Below, piece by piece: positions 18,239 to 26,103 of a stretch of 32,000 bases of DNA. This DNA is from Zestosphaera tikiterensis (GTDB lineage Archaea > Thermoproteota > Thermoprotei_A > Sulfolobales > NBVN01): assembly GCA_003056265.1 (NCBI GenBank), contig NBVN01000004.1, forward strand, positions 240,001 to 272,000, in the 5' to 3' direction. The notes beneath the pieces are model-generated. The model worked only from the letters and a program-made list of their open reading frames with translations, had not been told where the DNA came from and made no database searches. Within the stretch, counting starts at the first letter, position 1. Each line of letters starts with the position of its first letter. The translations under genes and the position numbers were made by a program.

Positions 18239-19906
18239 ATGATCGTCCCCACAGCTGGTTTACCAACGATTTTACCTGCTTTAATCGGTTTTATATTACC
18301 TATAGCTTCACTTAAGATTAAATCAAGGCATTTCTACGCTTTAACGACGTTTTTAATTAGCGTGGCTGTTTTATTAATGACTGGTTACAACCTAGCCTTA
18401 ATTATGGGGACTCCGGGTACTGTCCTTACATACGCGTTTGGCGGTTGGCCACCTCCTTTAGGCATAGCTTACACTATTGACTTCATAAACGCTGTCTTAG
18501 GGTTTTTAACCGCCACCCTCTTTACTTTGGTTTCCGCCTACCTCTTCTGGTATTTCGGGAGGATAGAAAGCGGGTATGAATGGATGTCCACACTTACTTT
18601 ACTACTGCTTTCCGGCGTCTTAGGCTGTTTATATACTGGAGACATCTTCAACTTCTTCGTTATGTTGGAGGTTTTATGTATTTCCTCATACGCTTTAGTC
18701 GCGTTCTTTAGACGTAGGAAGTGGGCTGTAGAGGCTTCTATGGCGTACGCATTCATAGGTGCTTTAGCCACAACCCTCTTCTTCTTCGGCGTGGTTGTGT
18801 TGTACGGGTCTTTCGGGACTGTAAACATAGCTGACTTAGTCGTTAAAGTGCATGGCGTCCCTACTCAAGCCCAATACTTAAGTGGTTGGTCGGGTTCCTG
18901 CGAGAGTTTCGAGTGGTGTTATGGTAACGCCTTCGTCAGCTCGGCTTTAGCTGTGGCTTTAATGCTTTGGGCGCTTAACTTTGAAGCCGGCATATTCCCC
19001 AACAACTACTGGATACCTAGTGCCTACACTGAAGCACCAACTCCCGCTTCAGCTTTATTCGCAGGGATCGTCGATAAGGTAGGGAGCTACGGCGTAGTGA
19101 GGGTTTTCTTCACTTTATTCACGGGTTTTGGCTCGACACTGATGTTTACCTTCGGCAACTTACCGTTTAGAGACGTTGTGTTGATTGTGCTGGGGTTGCT
19201 GGGGTTGGCGACGGGCTATATAGGCGCTTTCTTAATGATAGCTCAGAGGGATGTTAAGAGGCTACTCTCCTACTCGACGATAAGCCATATAGGGATAATA
19301 TTCACTGCCTTGGCGGCGGGCTTATCACGTTACGACATTCACGTGATTTCATTAAGTGTTGCAGGCATTTTACTACATATGGTCACACACGCTTTAGGCG
19401 AGTCCCTACTCTTCCTTGGTTTAGGTACTTTAGCTACAGTTAAAGGAAGTAGAGACTTAAACGACTTAACTGGTTTAGGACGTAGGTATCCCGTGTTAAG
19501 CGCTTCCATAGTTTTAGGTTTTCTAAGCCTGCTTGGTGTAGTGCCTTTAGCAGGGTTCTTCAGTAAATACCTCCTCTTCATGTCGTTGATAGAAGCTAAC
19601 CTCACCCTACACGCAGTCTCCATAGTTTTAATATCGGGTATTTCAGCCATCGGGTATTTCCGAGTTATCTATACGTTATGGATTAAACAAGCATCAGGCT
19701 CTAACGGCTTAAGCGGTAAGGAAGTTACGTTACCTTCAATTATCCTACCCCTCATGGCCTTAATGCTGCTTGGGTTGGGGCTAACCCTCGTTTACGGGAA
19801 CGTATTGAATACCTATGTAGAGTACGTTAGAAACGCCGTTTCCCTGGAGGGGGTTTTAAACTACGTGAAAGCTGTTGAGGAGGCGTCTAAAATCTTGGGT
19901 GGCTGA
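18239..19906 (+). CDS. mrpD: MrpD / NuoN-NuoM-like antiporter subunit (MbhH-like)
   Basis: 555 aa with about 14 TM segments and a proton-conducting antiporter fold (WIPSAYTEAPTPASALFAGIVDKVGSYG, LLSYSTISHIG). Confidence 0.85.
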   Translation: MIVPTAGLPTILPALIGFILPIASLKIKSRHFYALTTFLISVAVLLMTGYNLALIMGTPGTVLTYAFGGWPPPLGIAYTIDFINAVLGFLTATLFTLVSAYLFWYFGRIESGYEWMSTLTLLLLSGVLGCLYTGDIFNFFVMLEVLCISSYALVAFFRRRKWAVEASMAYAFIGALATTLFFFGVVVLYGSFGTVNIADLVVKVHGVPTQAQYLSGWSGSCESFEWCYGNAFVSSALAVALMLWALNFEAGIFPNNYWIPSAYTEAPTPASALFAGIVDKVGSYGVVRVFFTLFTGFGSTLMFTFGNLPFRDVVLIVLGLLGLATGYIGAFLMIAQRDVKRLLSYSTISHIGIIFTALAAGLSRYDIHVISLSVAGILLHMVTHALGESLLFLGLGTLATVKGSRDLNDLTGLGRRYPVLSASIVLGFLSLLGVVPLAGFFSKYLLFMSLIEANLTLHAVSIVLISGISAIGYFRVIYTLWIKQASGSNGLSGKEVTLPSIILPLMALMLLGLGLTLVYGNVLNTYVEYVRNAVSLEGVLNYVKAVEEASKILGG

Positions 19907-20054
19907 CGGCCCATGCCATTCACGGCGATGGGTTCTCCCCCTAGGGCTTTCATCACCTCTCTGAAGCCCCTCACAGGGAGTGCATCATCTATCAGTTCCC
20001 GCCGTCAGCTTCGGGAAGGTGTGGGTCTCATCCCAAGCTACGGTTGCCCACACC
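19903..20054. ncRNA. GC-rich structured island, candidate non-coding RNA or RNA processing/termination structure (class unknown)
   Basis: Nested helices are visible by eye: ctgacggc 19903-19910 / gccgtcag 20001-20008 (8 bp perfect) enclose ccatgcc/ggc(g)atgg (19911-19931) and ctccc[agggctt..aagccc]gggag (19935-19980). A further helix follows: ggtgtggg 20018-20025 / cccacacc 20047-20054 (8 bp perfect). The island is clearly more GC-rich than its flanks. Strand is undetermined. Confidence 0.35.
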
Positions 20055-20079
20055 CAACTCAATACATATTCAATTGCAA

Positions 20080-20202
20080 AAAGTTTATAAACATTACCCT
20101 ACATTTAAAAACAAGGCCTCCAGCTGTGGGTGAGTATAAACATGCTTATACATGTTTTTAAATGTAAAAACATTGACTCAAGTGTTTTAACGTTTTTAAA
20201 GT
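20080..20202 (+). promoter_or_regulatory. internal promoter region with AACATG/CATGTT palindromes
   Basis: A/T-rich with TATA-like boxes (tttataaa 20084-20091, tttttaaatg about 20155-20164). Inverted repeat aaacatg(20138-20144)-cttata-catgttt(20151-20157), plus aatgt-aaaa-acatt (20161-20174). It lies upstream of TTG 20203. Confidence 0.3.
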
Positions 20203-21756
20203 TTGAAGACAGAATATAGCGAGGGAAGCGGGTTGGCAGATTCACTACCTTGGCTTGTTAATTATGCGGTGGGTTCCGTAGCCTTCATCTTAATCTTAGC
20301 AGGTAGTTACTTAAGGCTTAAAAAACCTAAAGTCTCTGAAGCGGTTAGGCTTACGTCTTTCGCTCTGTTATTCGCTTACTCCGCTTTTTTAATCACTTAC
20401 GACTTCGTTAGGGGTTCTTTAGCTCTCTTAACTGCTGTGGTTGGTATCTTCTTAAGTTCTTATACGTCAGCTTACGAGAGAGCTAAATACCCTAATAGAA
20501 ACTTAACCATGCTTATAGACGTCTTCGTTCTCGCGGTGTTTTTAGTCTTCGCCTCTGAAAACCTACTTTCATTCATTACGTTTTGGTTGTTTGCTGAGAT
20601 TATAGGCTTCTTCGCAATAGTTTTTGAGATGGAGAGGAGGACACTCATAGCTGGTTTAAGGTATCTACTCATCTCTATGGTTCCAGCCGATGTAGCTTTA
20701 CTTACTGTTTTAGGTGTTTCCTCGATTAAGTTAGGCTTTACAGAAGCTCTCCTACTCCCCATGTCTGACTTAAGTAACGTATTGGCTGGTGCCGAACCGC
20801 TACTGCTTTTGCTGGTTTTACTTGGTTTTATGGCTAAAGCTGCTGTCGCTCCGTTTCATTTCTGGCTTCCAGACGCTCACTCACTAGCTCCAGCACCGGC
20901 TTCAGCTGTTTTATCAGGTGTTATGGTTAAGATGGGCATCTATGGAGTCATGGTCGCTGTTCCAGCTGTAGACGCGCCATACGTTTTATACGCTGTCTTG
21001 ATTTTCTCTTCACTAACCGTTATCTACGGAGGTCTTCAAGCGTTAGTTCAGACGGATTTAAAGAGGTTGCTTGCTTACAGCACCATAGAGAACACCAGCT
21101 TAATAACCTTAGCTGTGGTTTCATATAAAGCGTTCGGCGTGGATATACTCCTTACGGCGGGCGTGGTTTACTCCATAGCCCACGGAATATTTAAAGCTTC
21201 CCTATTCATGAACTCCGGAACTATCGAGATATTAACGCATACTAGGGAATTACCTAAGTTAGGCTACCTATCTAAGGTTGTGGTTAGACCTACCTTCACA
21301 GCCCTCCTATCCACGCTTTCATTGATTGGAATACCGCCAACAGCAGGCTTTCTCGGTAAGGTACTCCTCCTAGCGGGTCTCGTAAGCGTTGTCTACGTAA
21401 ACCCCTCAGCAGGTATAGCGTTGGTCGTTGTGGCTGCGTTAGGTGCTGCTTTAGCTATAGCGTATGGGGTTAGGTACATGACTGCGTATTGGGGTTCCCC
21501 AACACTACCTAAGGAGGTAAGTCACGTAAACGCTGAAACAGAGTCTTCAGAGCTTATGCTTTCCTTAATGAACGTATTTATAGCTATACCGACGTATTTA
21601 TCGGTGGCTTTAGTGAACGTTCAACTACTGGATTTAATCTACGTAATACCTTTAGGTCTTTTAACGGCTATGTTCTTAGCTTTAATGTATTACGTCTACA
21701 CATTCATTAAGAGGATGGCTAGAGAAACTCCTTGGTTGGGAGGTGCTGTTGCCTGA
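20203..21756 (+). CDS. second MrpD/NuoL/HyfB-like antiporter subunit
   Basis: 517 aa, multi-TM. FHFWLPDAHSLAPAPASAVLSGVMVKMGIYG and LLAYSTIEN are typical of NuoL/M/N-MrpD family proteins. TTG start. Confidence 0.8.
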   Translation: MKTEYSEGSGLADSLPWLVNYAVGSVAFILILAGSYLRLKKPKVSEAVRLTSFALLFAYSAFLITYDFVRGSLALLTAVVGIFLSSYTSAYERAKYPNRNLTMLIDVFVLAVFLVFASENLLSFITFWLFAEIIGFFAIVFEMERRTLIAGLRYLLISMVPADVALLTVLGVSSIKLGFTEALLLPMSDLSNVLAGAEPLLLLLVLLGFMAKAAVAPFHFWLPDAHSLAPAPASAVLSGVMVKMGIYGVMVAVPAVDAPYVLYAVLIFSSLTVIYGGLQALVQTDLKRLLAYSTIENTSLITLAVVSYKAFGVDILLTAGVVYSIAHGIFKASLFMNSGTIEILTHTRELPKLGYLSKVVVRPTFTALLSTLSLIGIPPTAGFLGKVLLLAGLVSVVYVNPSAGIALVVVAALGAALAIAYGVRYMTAYWGSPTLPKEVSHVNAETESSELMLSLMNVFIAIPTYLSVALVNVQLLDLIYVIPLGLLTAMFLALMYYVYTFIKRMARETPWLGGAVA

Positions 21757-21776
21757 GCTCTGAAGCGGCTTCAATA

Positions 21777-22169
21777 ATGACTAGGTTTGAAGACTTAATG
21801 CGTAAGTACTTAAGGAAGTTAGCACCTCTAATGAGTAAAGTCGGGCTGTCTTACGACGTCGGTCAAAGCTTTGAAAGAACTGAAAGGGGTTTTGCATCCA
21901 GGCTTCTTAACTTCGTGGGCAAGCTCAACGCTAAGTTCTACTTCGGGGAGAGAGATCTTTACAGATATTATTTATATATTTTTCAAGCATTTTACACATT
22001 CTTTATGAAGGGGGAGAGGGGTCTTTACAGATGTTATAGGTCCTTAGTTAGGAGTTTATTAAGCCTTCAAGTAGAGCTTGAGGATGCGTTATCGTTCTCA
22101 TCCCTATATATGAACCTACTGCTGGTTTTCGCATTGGTTTTAATGGTGGTGTGGGCTTGGACTTCATAA
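21777..22169 (+). CDS. hypothetical protein with internal GER(D/G)LYR(Y/C)Y repeat and C-terminal TM helix
   Basis: ORF in the hydrogenase operon with no family recognised. ATG 21777 is preferred over the track start 21732. It has a C-terminal hydrophobic segment (LLLVFALVLMVVWAW). Confidence 0.4.
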   Translation: MTRFEDLMRKYLRKLAPLMSKVGLSYDVGQSFERTERGFASRLLNFVGKLNAKFYFGERDLYRYYLYIFQAFYTFFMKGERGLYRCYRSLVRSLLSLQVELEDALSFSSLYMNLLLVFALVLMVVWAWTS

Positions 22170-23053
22170 CCATATCCTTAATTTCCTTCTTTGCCGTGGT
22201 TTCCGCGTTCCTCCCACCTCTGCTTGACGGGGTTGAGAGGAAGGTAAGGGCTAAAATCCAGAGTAGGATCGGACCCCCTACGGTAATGCAGACTTGGTAT
22301 GACTTAAGGAAGTTAGCGGTTAAGGAGCTTAAGATGCCTTTAGGTGGTGAGTTAGCCGTCTTAACCGTTTTCTTAAGTTTGATCACCTCAGTTTCCAGCA
22401 TCGCATACCTTACGTATGTTTTAATCACCTCAACCCTCAACCCGTTAAGCATCGCTACATTGATAGTTTTAATTACCGCCTCACATAACCTAACGCTGCT
22501 TTCCTCCGTGTCGACTTCAAACCCCTTCTCTATAGTTGGGTCTTACAGGAACGTAACGCTGTTGTTAGTTAATGAGTTCGGCTTTATGGCTGGTTTTATA
22601 GCGACGCTCTACGCCTTAGTTAGGTTGTCAACGAATCCAACGCCGTTAAGCTTTCTAGCCTACGCGTTAGGCCTCGCAGCTTTAATCGTATCTACCTACG
22701 TAGGGTGTGGTAGGCTACCTTACGACATACATGAAGCAGAGCCTGAACTAGCTTCAGGAGCTTTAATCGAGTTTAGCGGGGTTGCTTTAGGGACGTACCT
22801 ATACACGCATTTAATGATGCGTTACGTGTTTTCGCTGCTGGTTGCTTACGCTATTTCAACGCTTATCATAGGCTTTACAAACGCTTTAGTCGTTATCGCG
22901 GTTTTAGCTTTACTTACTTCAATTATCTACATACTCTACGGGGTTGTGGCTGCGATGTTGGGGAGGACTAGAGTCGATTTAGGTGTTCGAACGCTTTTTA
23001 CGTTATACGTTAGCTTAACTCTCTGTTTGGTGGTAGCATGGTTGTTCGCTTAA
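22151..23053 (+). CDS. NuoH/HycD/MbhM-like membrane subunit
   Basis: 300 aa with about 8 TM segments. The N-terminal motif DGVERKVRAKIQSRIGPP matches the NuoH-family signature (ER-x-x-A-x-x-Q-x-R-x-GP). Confidence 0.8.
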   Translation: MGLDFITISLISFFAVVSAFLPPLLDGVERKVRAKIQSRIGPPTVMQTWYDLRKLAVKELKMPLGGELAVLTVFLSLITSVSSIAYLTYVLITSTLNPLSIATLIVLITASHNLTLLSSVSTSNPFSIVGSYRNVTLLLVNEFGFMAGFIATLYALVRLSTNPTPLSFLAYALGLAALIVSTYVGCGRLPYDIHEAEPELASGALIEFSGVALGTYLYTHLMMRYVFSLLVAYAISTLIIGFTNALVVIAVLALLTSIIYILYGVVAAMLGRTRVDLGVRTLFTLYVSLTLCLVVAWLFA

Positions 23054-23102
23054 ATAAAACATTTATTAAGGTGTTTGTAGATTATTTTAACGGTGTTAAA
23101 GT

Positions 23103-24806
23103 ATGGTAAGCGACATCATAGAAACCTTAGCGAGTGTAGCTAGAGGTAGCAGAAGTAAGTCCATACTAACTAAAGTGGGTGAGGTATGCGGTGATAAGCT
23201 ACTGAAGGTTGAGCGCGTGAGTCCATCAACGATTAAAGTGTTGATTAAGGCTGACTGCCTTCATGAAGTGGCTGAGGTTCTCTCCGCAGAACGTGACGTA
23301 TACTTTAGAACTATGGCCGCTTCCGACGAAAGACCTGCTGAAAACCTCTTTAAGCTATACTACGTGTTCGGAATAGATAGCGAAGGAACTAACATAGTAG
23401 TTGAAGTCCCGACGGACGGCGAGCGGGAAGTCCCCTCCATTTCCGATGTTGTTAAGGCTTGTGATTGGTATGAGCTTGAAGCTCATGATTTAATGGGTGT
23501 TAAGTTTAGTGGTAGGTTTCTTAAAAGGCTTGTATTACCTGATGATTGGCCTGAAGAAATACACCCACTAAGAAAAGACATAACAACAGAAGAAATAAAA
23601 AAACTATATCAACCACAAGTAGTTAAGAGAGCTGTGGAGTTAGGCGTTGAGGAGATTGTTAAGATTCCAATAGGTCCTTACCACCCAGCACTTCACGAAC
23701 CGGAGTATTTCGAGCTATACGTTCGTGGGGAGAAGGTCGTTGACGCTAGATATGTTGGTTTTATGGTTCATAGAGGTATTGAGAAGTTAGCTGAATCTAT
23801 GAAGTACGATCAAGTTCCTTTTCTTGCTGAGAGGATTTGCGGTATTTGTGGTTTTGTTCATTCTGTTTCATATACTCAAGCTGTTGAAGAAGCTTTAAAC
23901 ATTGAAGTACCTGAAAAAACACAATACATAAGAACAATAATACTAGAGCTGGAAAGAATACATAGCCACCTACTATGGATAGGTGTGGCTTTACACTTAC
24001 TGGGTTATGACACGGGTTTCATGCACGCTTGGAGGATTAGGGAGAAGGTTATGGTTTTATCTGAGTTATTAACAGGTAGTAGGAAAACATACGGAATAAA
24101 CTTAGTAGGTGGGGTAAGAAAAGACATAAACAAAGAAAAAATAGAAAAAACAAAACAAACACTAAAGCAGGTGTTAAACGAATATAAGGAATTCGTAGAT
24201 GTTGCCACAAGCGTACCTCAAGTTAGGAGGAGGTTATCGGGTACTGGTGTTTTACCTGGTGGTGAGGCTAGAGCTTATTCGTTGGTAGGGCCTACGGCTA
24301 GAGGTTCAGGACTTAGTAGGGATGTTAGGAAGGACTACACCTACGGCGCCTACCACTTCGTAAGTTTTTCAATACCAACGTATAGTGAAGGCGATAACCT
24401 AGCTAGAACGTTAGTAAGAATAGATGAGGTATACGAATCAATAAACATAATAGAACAACTACTCGACACAATACCATCGAGTAGCGAAATCAAAGTTGAT
24501 TCATGGGAACCACAACCAATGAAGTTAGGACTAGGAAACGTTGAAGCACCAAGAGGTGAAGTAATACACGTGGTAATCACGGGTAAATACGGTCCTTACA
24601 GATGGAGGGTTAGAGCACCAACATACCAGAACCTACAGGCAGTACCCACGATGTTAAGAGGTGTTGACTTAGCTGACGCACCAATAACAATAGCAAGCAT
24701 AGACCCATGCTTCTCATGCACAGACAGAGCAATAAAAATAAACATAAAAACAGGCAAGGTTGAATTCATACCTTTAGAGGTTTTGTCCAGAGGTGGTGTT
24801 AGATAG
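23103..24806 (+). CDS. group 4 [NiFe]-hydrogenase large subunit, fused NuoC-like plus NuoD-like domains (HycE/MbhK-L-like)
   Basis: 567 aa. The N-terminal ~150 aa is NuoC-like. The NiFe ligand motifs are RICGICGFVHS (N-terminal CxxC) and DPCFSCTDR (C-terminal CxxC). A 25-residue tail follows the last motif. Confidence 0.9.
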   Translation: MVSDIIETLASVARGSRSKSILTKVGEVCGDKLLKVERVSPSTIKVLIKADCLHEVAEVLSAERDVYFRTMAASDERPAENLFKLYYVFGIDSEGTNIVVEVPTDGEREVPSISDVVKACDWYELEAHDLMGVKFSGRFLKRLVLPDDWPEEIHPLRKDITTEEIKKLYQPQVVKRAVELGVEEIVKIPIGPYHPALHEPEYFELYVRGEKVVDARYVGFMVHRGIEKLAESMKYDQVPFLAERICGICGFVHSVSYTQAVEEALNIEVPEKTQYIRTIILELERIHSHLLWIGVALHLLGYDTGFMHAWRIREKVMVLSELLTGSRKTYGINLVGGVRKDINKEKIEKTKQTLKQVLNEYKEFVDVATSVPQVRRRLSGTGVLPGGEARAYSLVGPTARGSGLSRDVRKDYTYGAYHFVSFSIPTYSEGDNLARTLVRIDEVYESINIIEQLLDTIPSSSEIKVDSWEPQPMKLGLGNVEAPRGEVIHVVITGKYGPYRWRVRAPTYQNLQAVPTMLRGVDLADAPITIASIDPCFSCTDRAIKINIKTGKVEFIPLEVLSRGGVR

Positions 24807-25315
24807 TTAAGTTCGTTAAGATTTTAGGTATTGCGTCTAAATCCGGTACTGTTACTAGGAGGTATCCTTTTGAGTCTTCTTTAGTTACTTCTGAGTTTAG
24901 AGGTTTGATTGAGATCGATCCTGTTAAATGTGTTGGTTGTGGTGCGTGCGTTAGGATATGCCCGCCAAAAGCATTAACAATAGAAGTAAACGAAAAAGAA
25001 ACAATACTAAAATACTTCATAGGTAGATGTATATTCTGCTGGATGTGCGTACAAACATGCCCACAAAAAGCAATAAAAACAACAAACAAATTCGAACTAA
25101 GCGCAGTAGACGTTCATGAACTTCAGATGGAGTTAGTTCATAACACTGTTAAATGCCGTGTGTGCGGTAAGCCATTCATAACCAGTAAGTTTGTTAAGGA
25201 GGTTGGGAGGAGGTTAAACGGAGGCTTTAAGGATGACCTACTCTACGTATGCCCTACCTGCAGGAGGAAGTTAACTGCTAAGAAGATAGCTACGAAAGTT
25301 ACGGGTGTTGAGTGA
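24803..25315 (+). CDS. 2x[4Fe-4S] ferredoxin subunit, NuoI/HycF/MbhN-like
   Basis: CVGCGACVRICP and CIFCWMCVQTCP motifs. The frame is open from 24803, and the upstream part (VKFVKILGIASKSGTVTRRYPFE..FRG) looks like the conserved NuoI/MbhN N-terminus, but the first ATG/GTG/TTG is TTG 24905. The 5' boundary is therefore uncertain. Confidence 0.75.
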   Translation: MVKFVKILGIASKSGTVTRRYPFESSLVTSEFRGLIEIDPVKCVGCGACVRICPPKALTIEVNEKETILKYFIGRCIFCWMCVQTCPQKAIKTTNKFELSAVDVHELQMELVHNTVKCRVCGKPFITSKFVKEVGRRLNGGFKDDLLYVCPTCRRKLTAKKIATKVTGVE

Positions 25316-25836
25316 TGGTTGAAGCACTCCCTAGAAACGGTTCTGTAGACTTAGCTAAGGCTTTCGACAAGCTTAAAAGGAGTATTTGGGTTTTCCACTT
25401 AAACACAGGTAGTTGCAACGGATGCGATATTGAAGTGTTGGACGTGCTGACCCCGTACTTCGACGTTGAGAGGTTTGGGATAAAGCTGGTTGGCTCGCCC
25501 AGACACGCTGATTTAATACTTCTTACAGGCCCTATAACCATAAAAACCTTAGATAAAGTCGTTAGAGCTATTGACGCGATGCCTAGGCCTAGGCTAGTCC
25601 TAGCCTTAGGTTCCTGCGGTGTTGGCGGAGGCATATGGTTTAACACGTACTCAACCCTCGGCGGCTACCCGAAGCTTCAGGAGTTGCTTAAGAGCTTAGG
25701 CGTTGAAGTGGATAAGGTTGTTTACGTCCCTGGATGTCCCGTAAGGCCTGAAGCCATAATATACGGCGTTGCTTTACTTTTAGGTCTTGCAGAACCTAAG
25801 GTAAGGTATGAAAGGGTGGAGGCGGTTGAGGGTTAA
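25312..25836 (+). CDS. [NiFe]-hydrogenase small subunit, NuoB/HycG/MbhJ-like
   Basis: 174 aa with the proximal-cluster Cys pattern GSCNGCD ... GSCGVGGG ... GCPVRPE. The start overlaps the upstream stop (GTGATG). Confidence 0.9.
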   Translation: MMVEALPRNGSVDLAKAFDKLKRSIWVFHLNTGSCNGCDIEVLDVLTPYFDVERFGIKLVGSPRHADLILLTGPITIKTLDKVVRAIDAMPRPRLVLALGSCGVGGGIWFNTYSTLGGYPKLQELLKSLGVEVDKVVYVPGCPVRPEAIIYGVALLLGLAEPKVRYERVEAVEG

Positions 25837-26086
25837 AGCGTATCTCTGCTTAGAACGTGAGGCTGAGTCCATAGTCTCCAGGCATCACGTAGCTCCATAC
25901 GCGATATGTGAGGAGAGGAGTGAGTTAAGCGTTGAGGAGGTTAAAGCTAGGTTAGGTGAGGAAGCCTTCAAAAAGCTAATGAAGTACGGTGAGGTTGTGG
26001 TTTCAGACTACGAATCTATGAGGAAGTTCTTCGAAGTTAAGGATGAGGTTTCGTACGTTAAACTAATTTTAACGCCGAAAACATAA
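25808..26086 (+). CDS. hypothetical small protein
   Basis: 92-aa ORF overlapping the end of the small-subunit gene, on the same strand and within the operon. No recognisable motif. Confidence 0.35.
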   Translation: MKGWRRLRVKAYLCLEREAESIVSRHHVAPYAICEERSELSVEEVKARLGEEAFKKLMKYGEVVVSDYESMRKFFEVKDEVSYVKLILTPKT

Positions 26087-26103
26087 GTTAGGAGGGATGG
26101 GAT

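Noticed and set aside
19903-20054. Assignment of the GC island to a known RNA class (H/ACA sRNA, C/D sRNA, fluoride riboswitch, tRNA, SRP or RNase P RNA)
   Set aside because: There is no ACA/ANA box directly 3' of the closing helix on either strand. The GGCGATGG word resembles the fluoride-riboswitch 5' motif, but the required CGCC partner and 3' consensus are absent. The minus strand has CTGA and GATGA words, but in the wrong order for a C/D RNA. Size and motifs do not fit SRP or RNase P RNA. It is left unclassified.
19913-20161. 82-aa plus-strand ORF in the mrpD to mrpD-like gap
   Set aside because: Its composition is implausible (Pro/Ser/Gly/Cys-rich, then an A/T-encoded tail). It spans a GC-rich helix-forming island plus an A/T-rich promoter-like region and has no RBS or TATA in a suitable position. 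An RNA or regulatory interpretation fits better.
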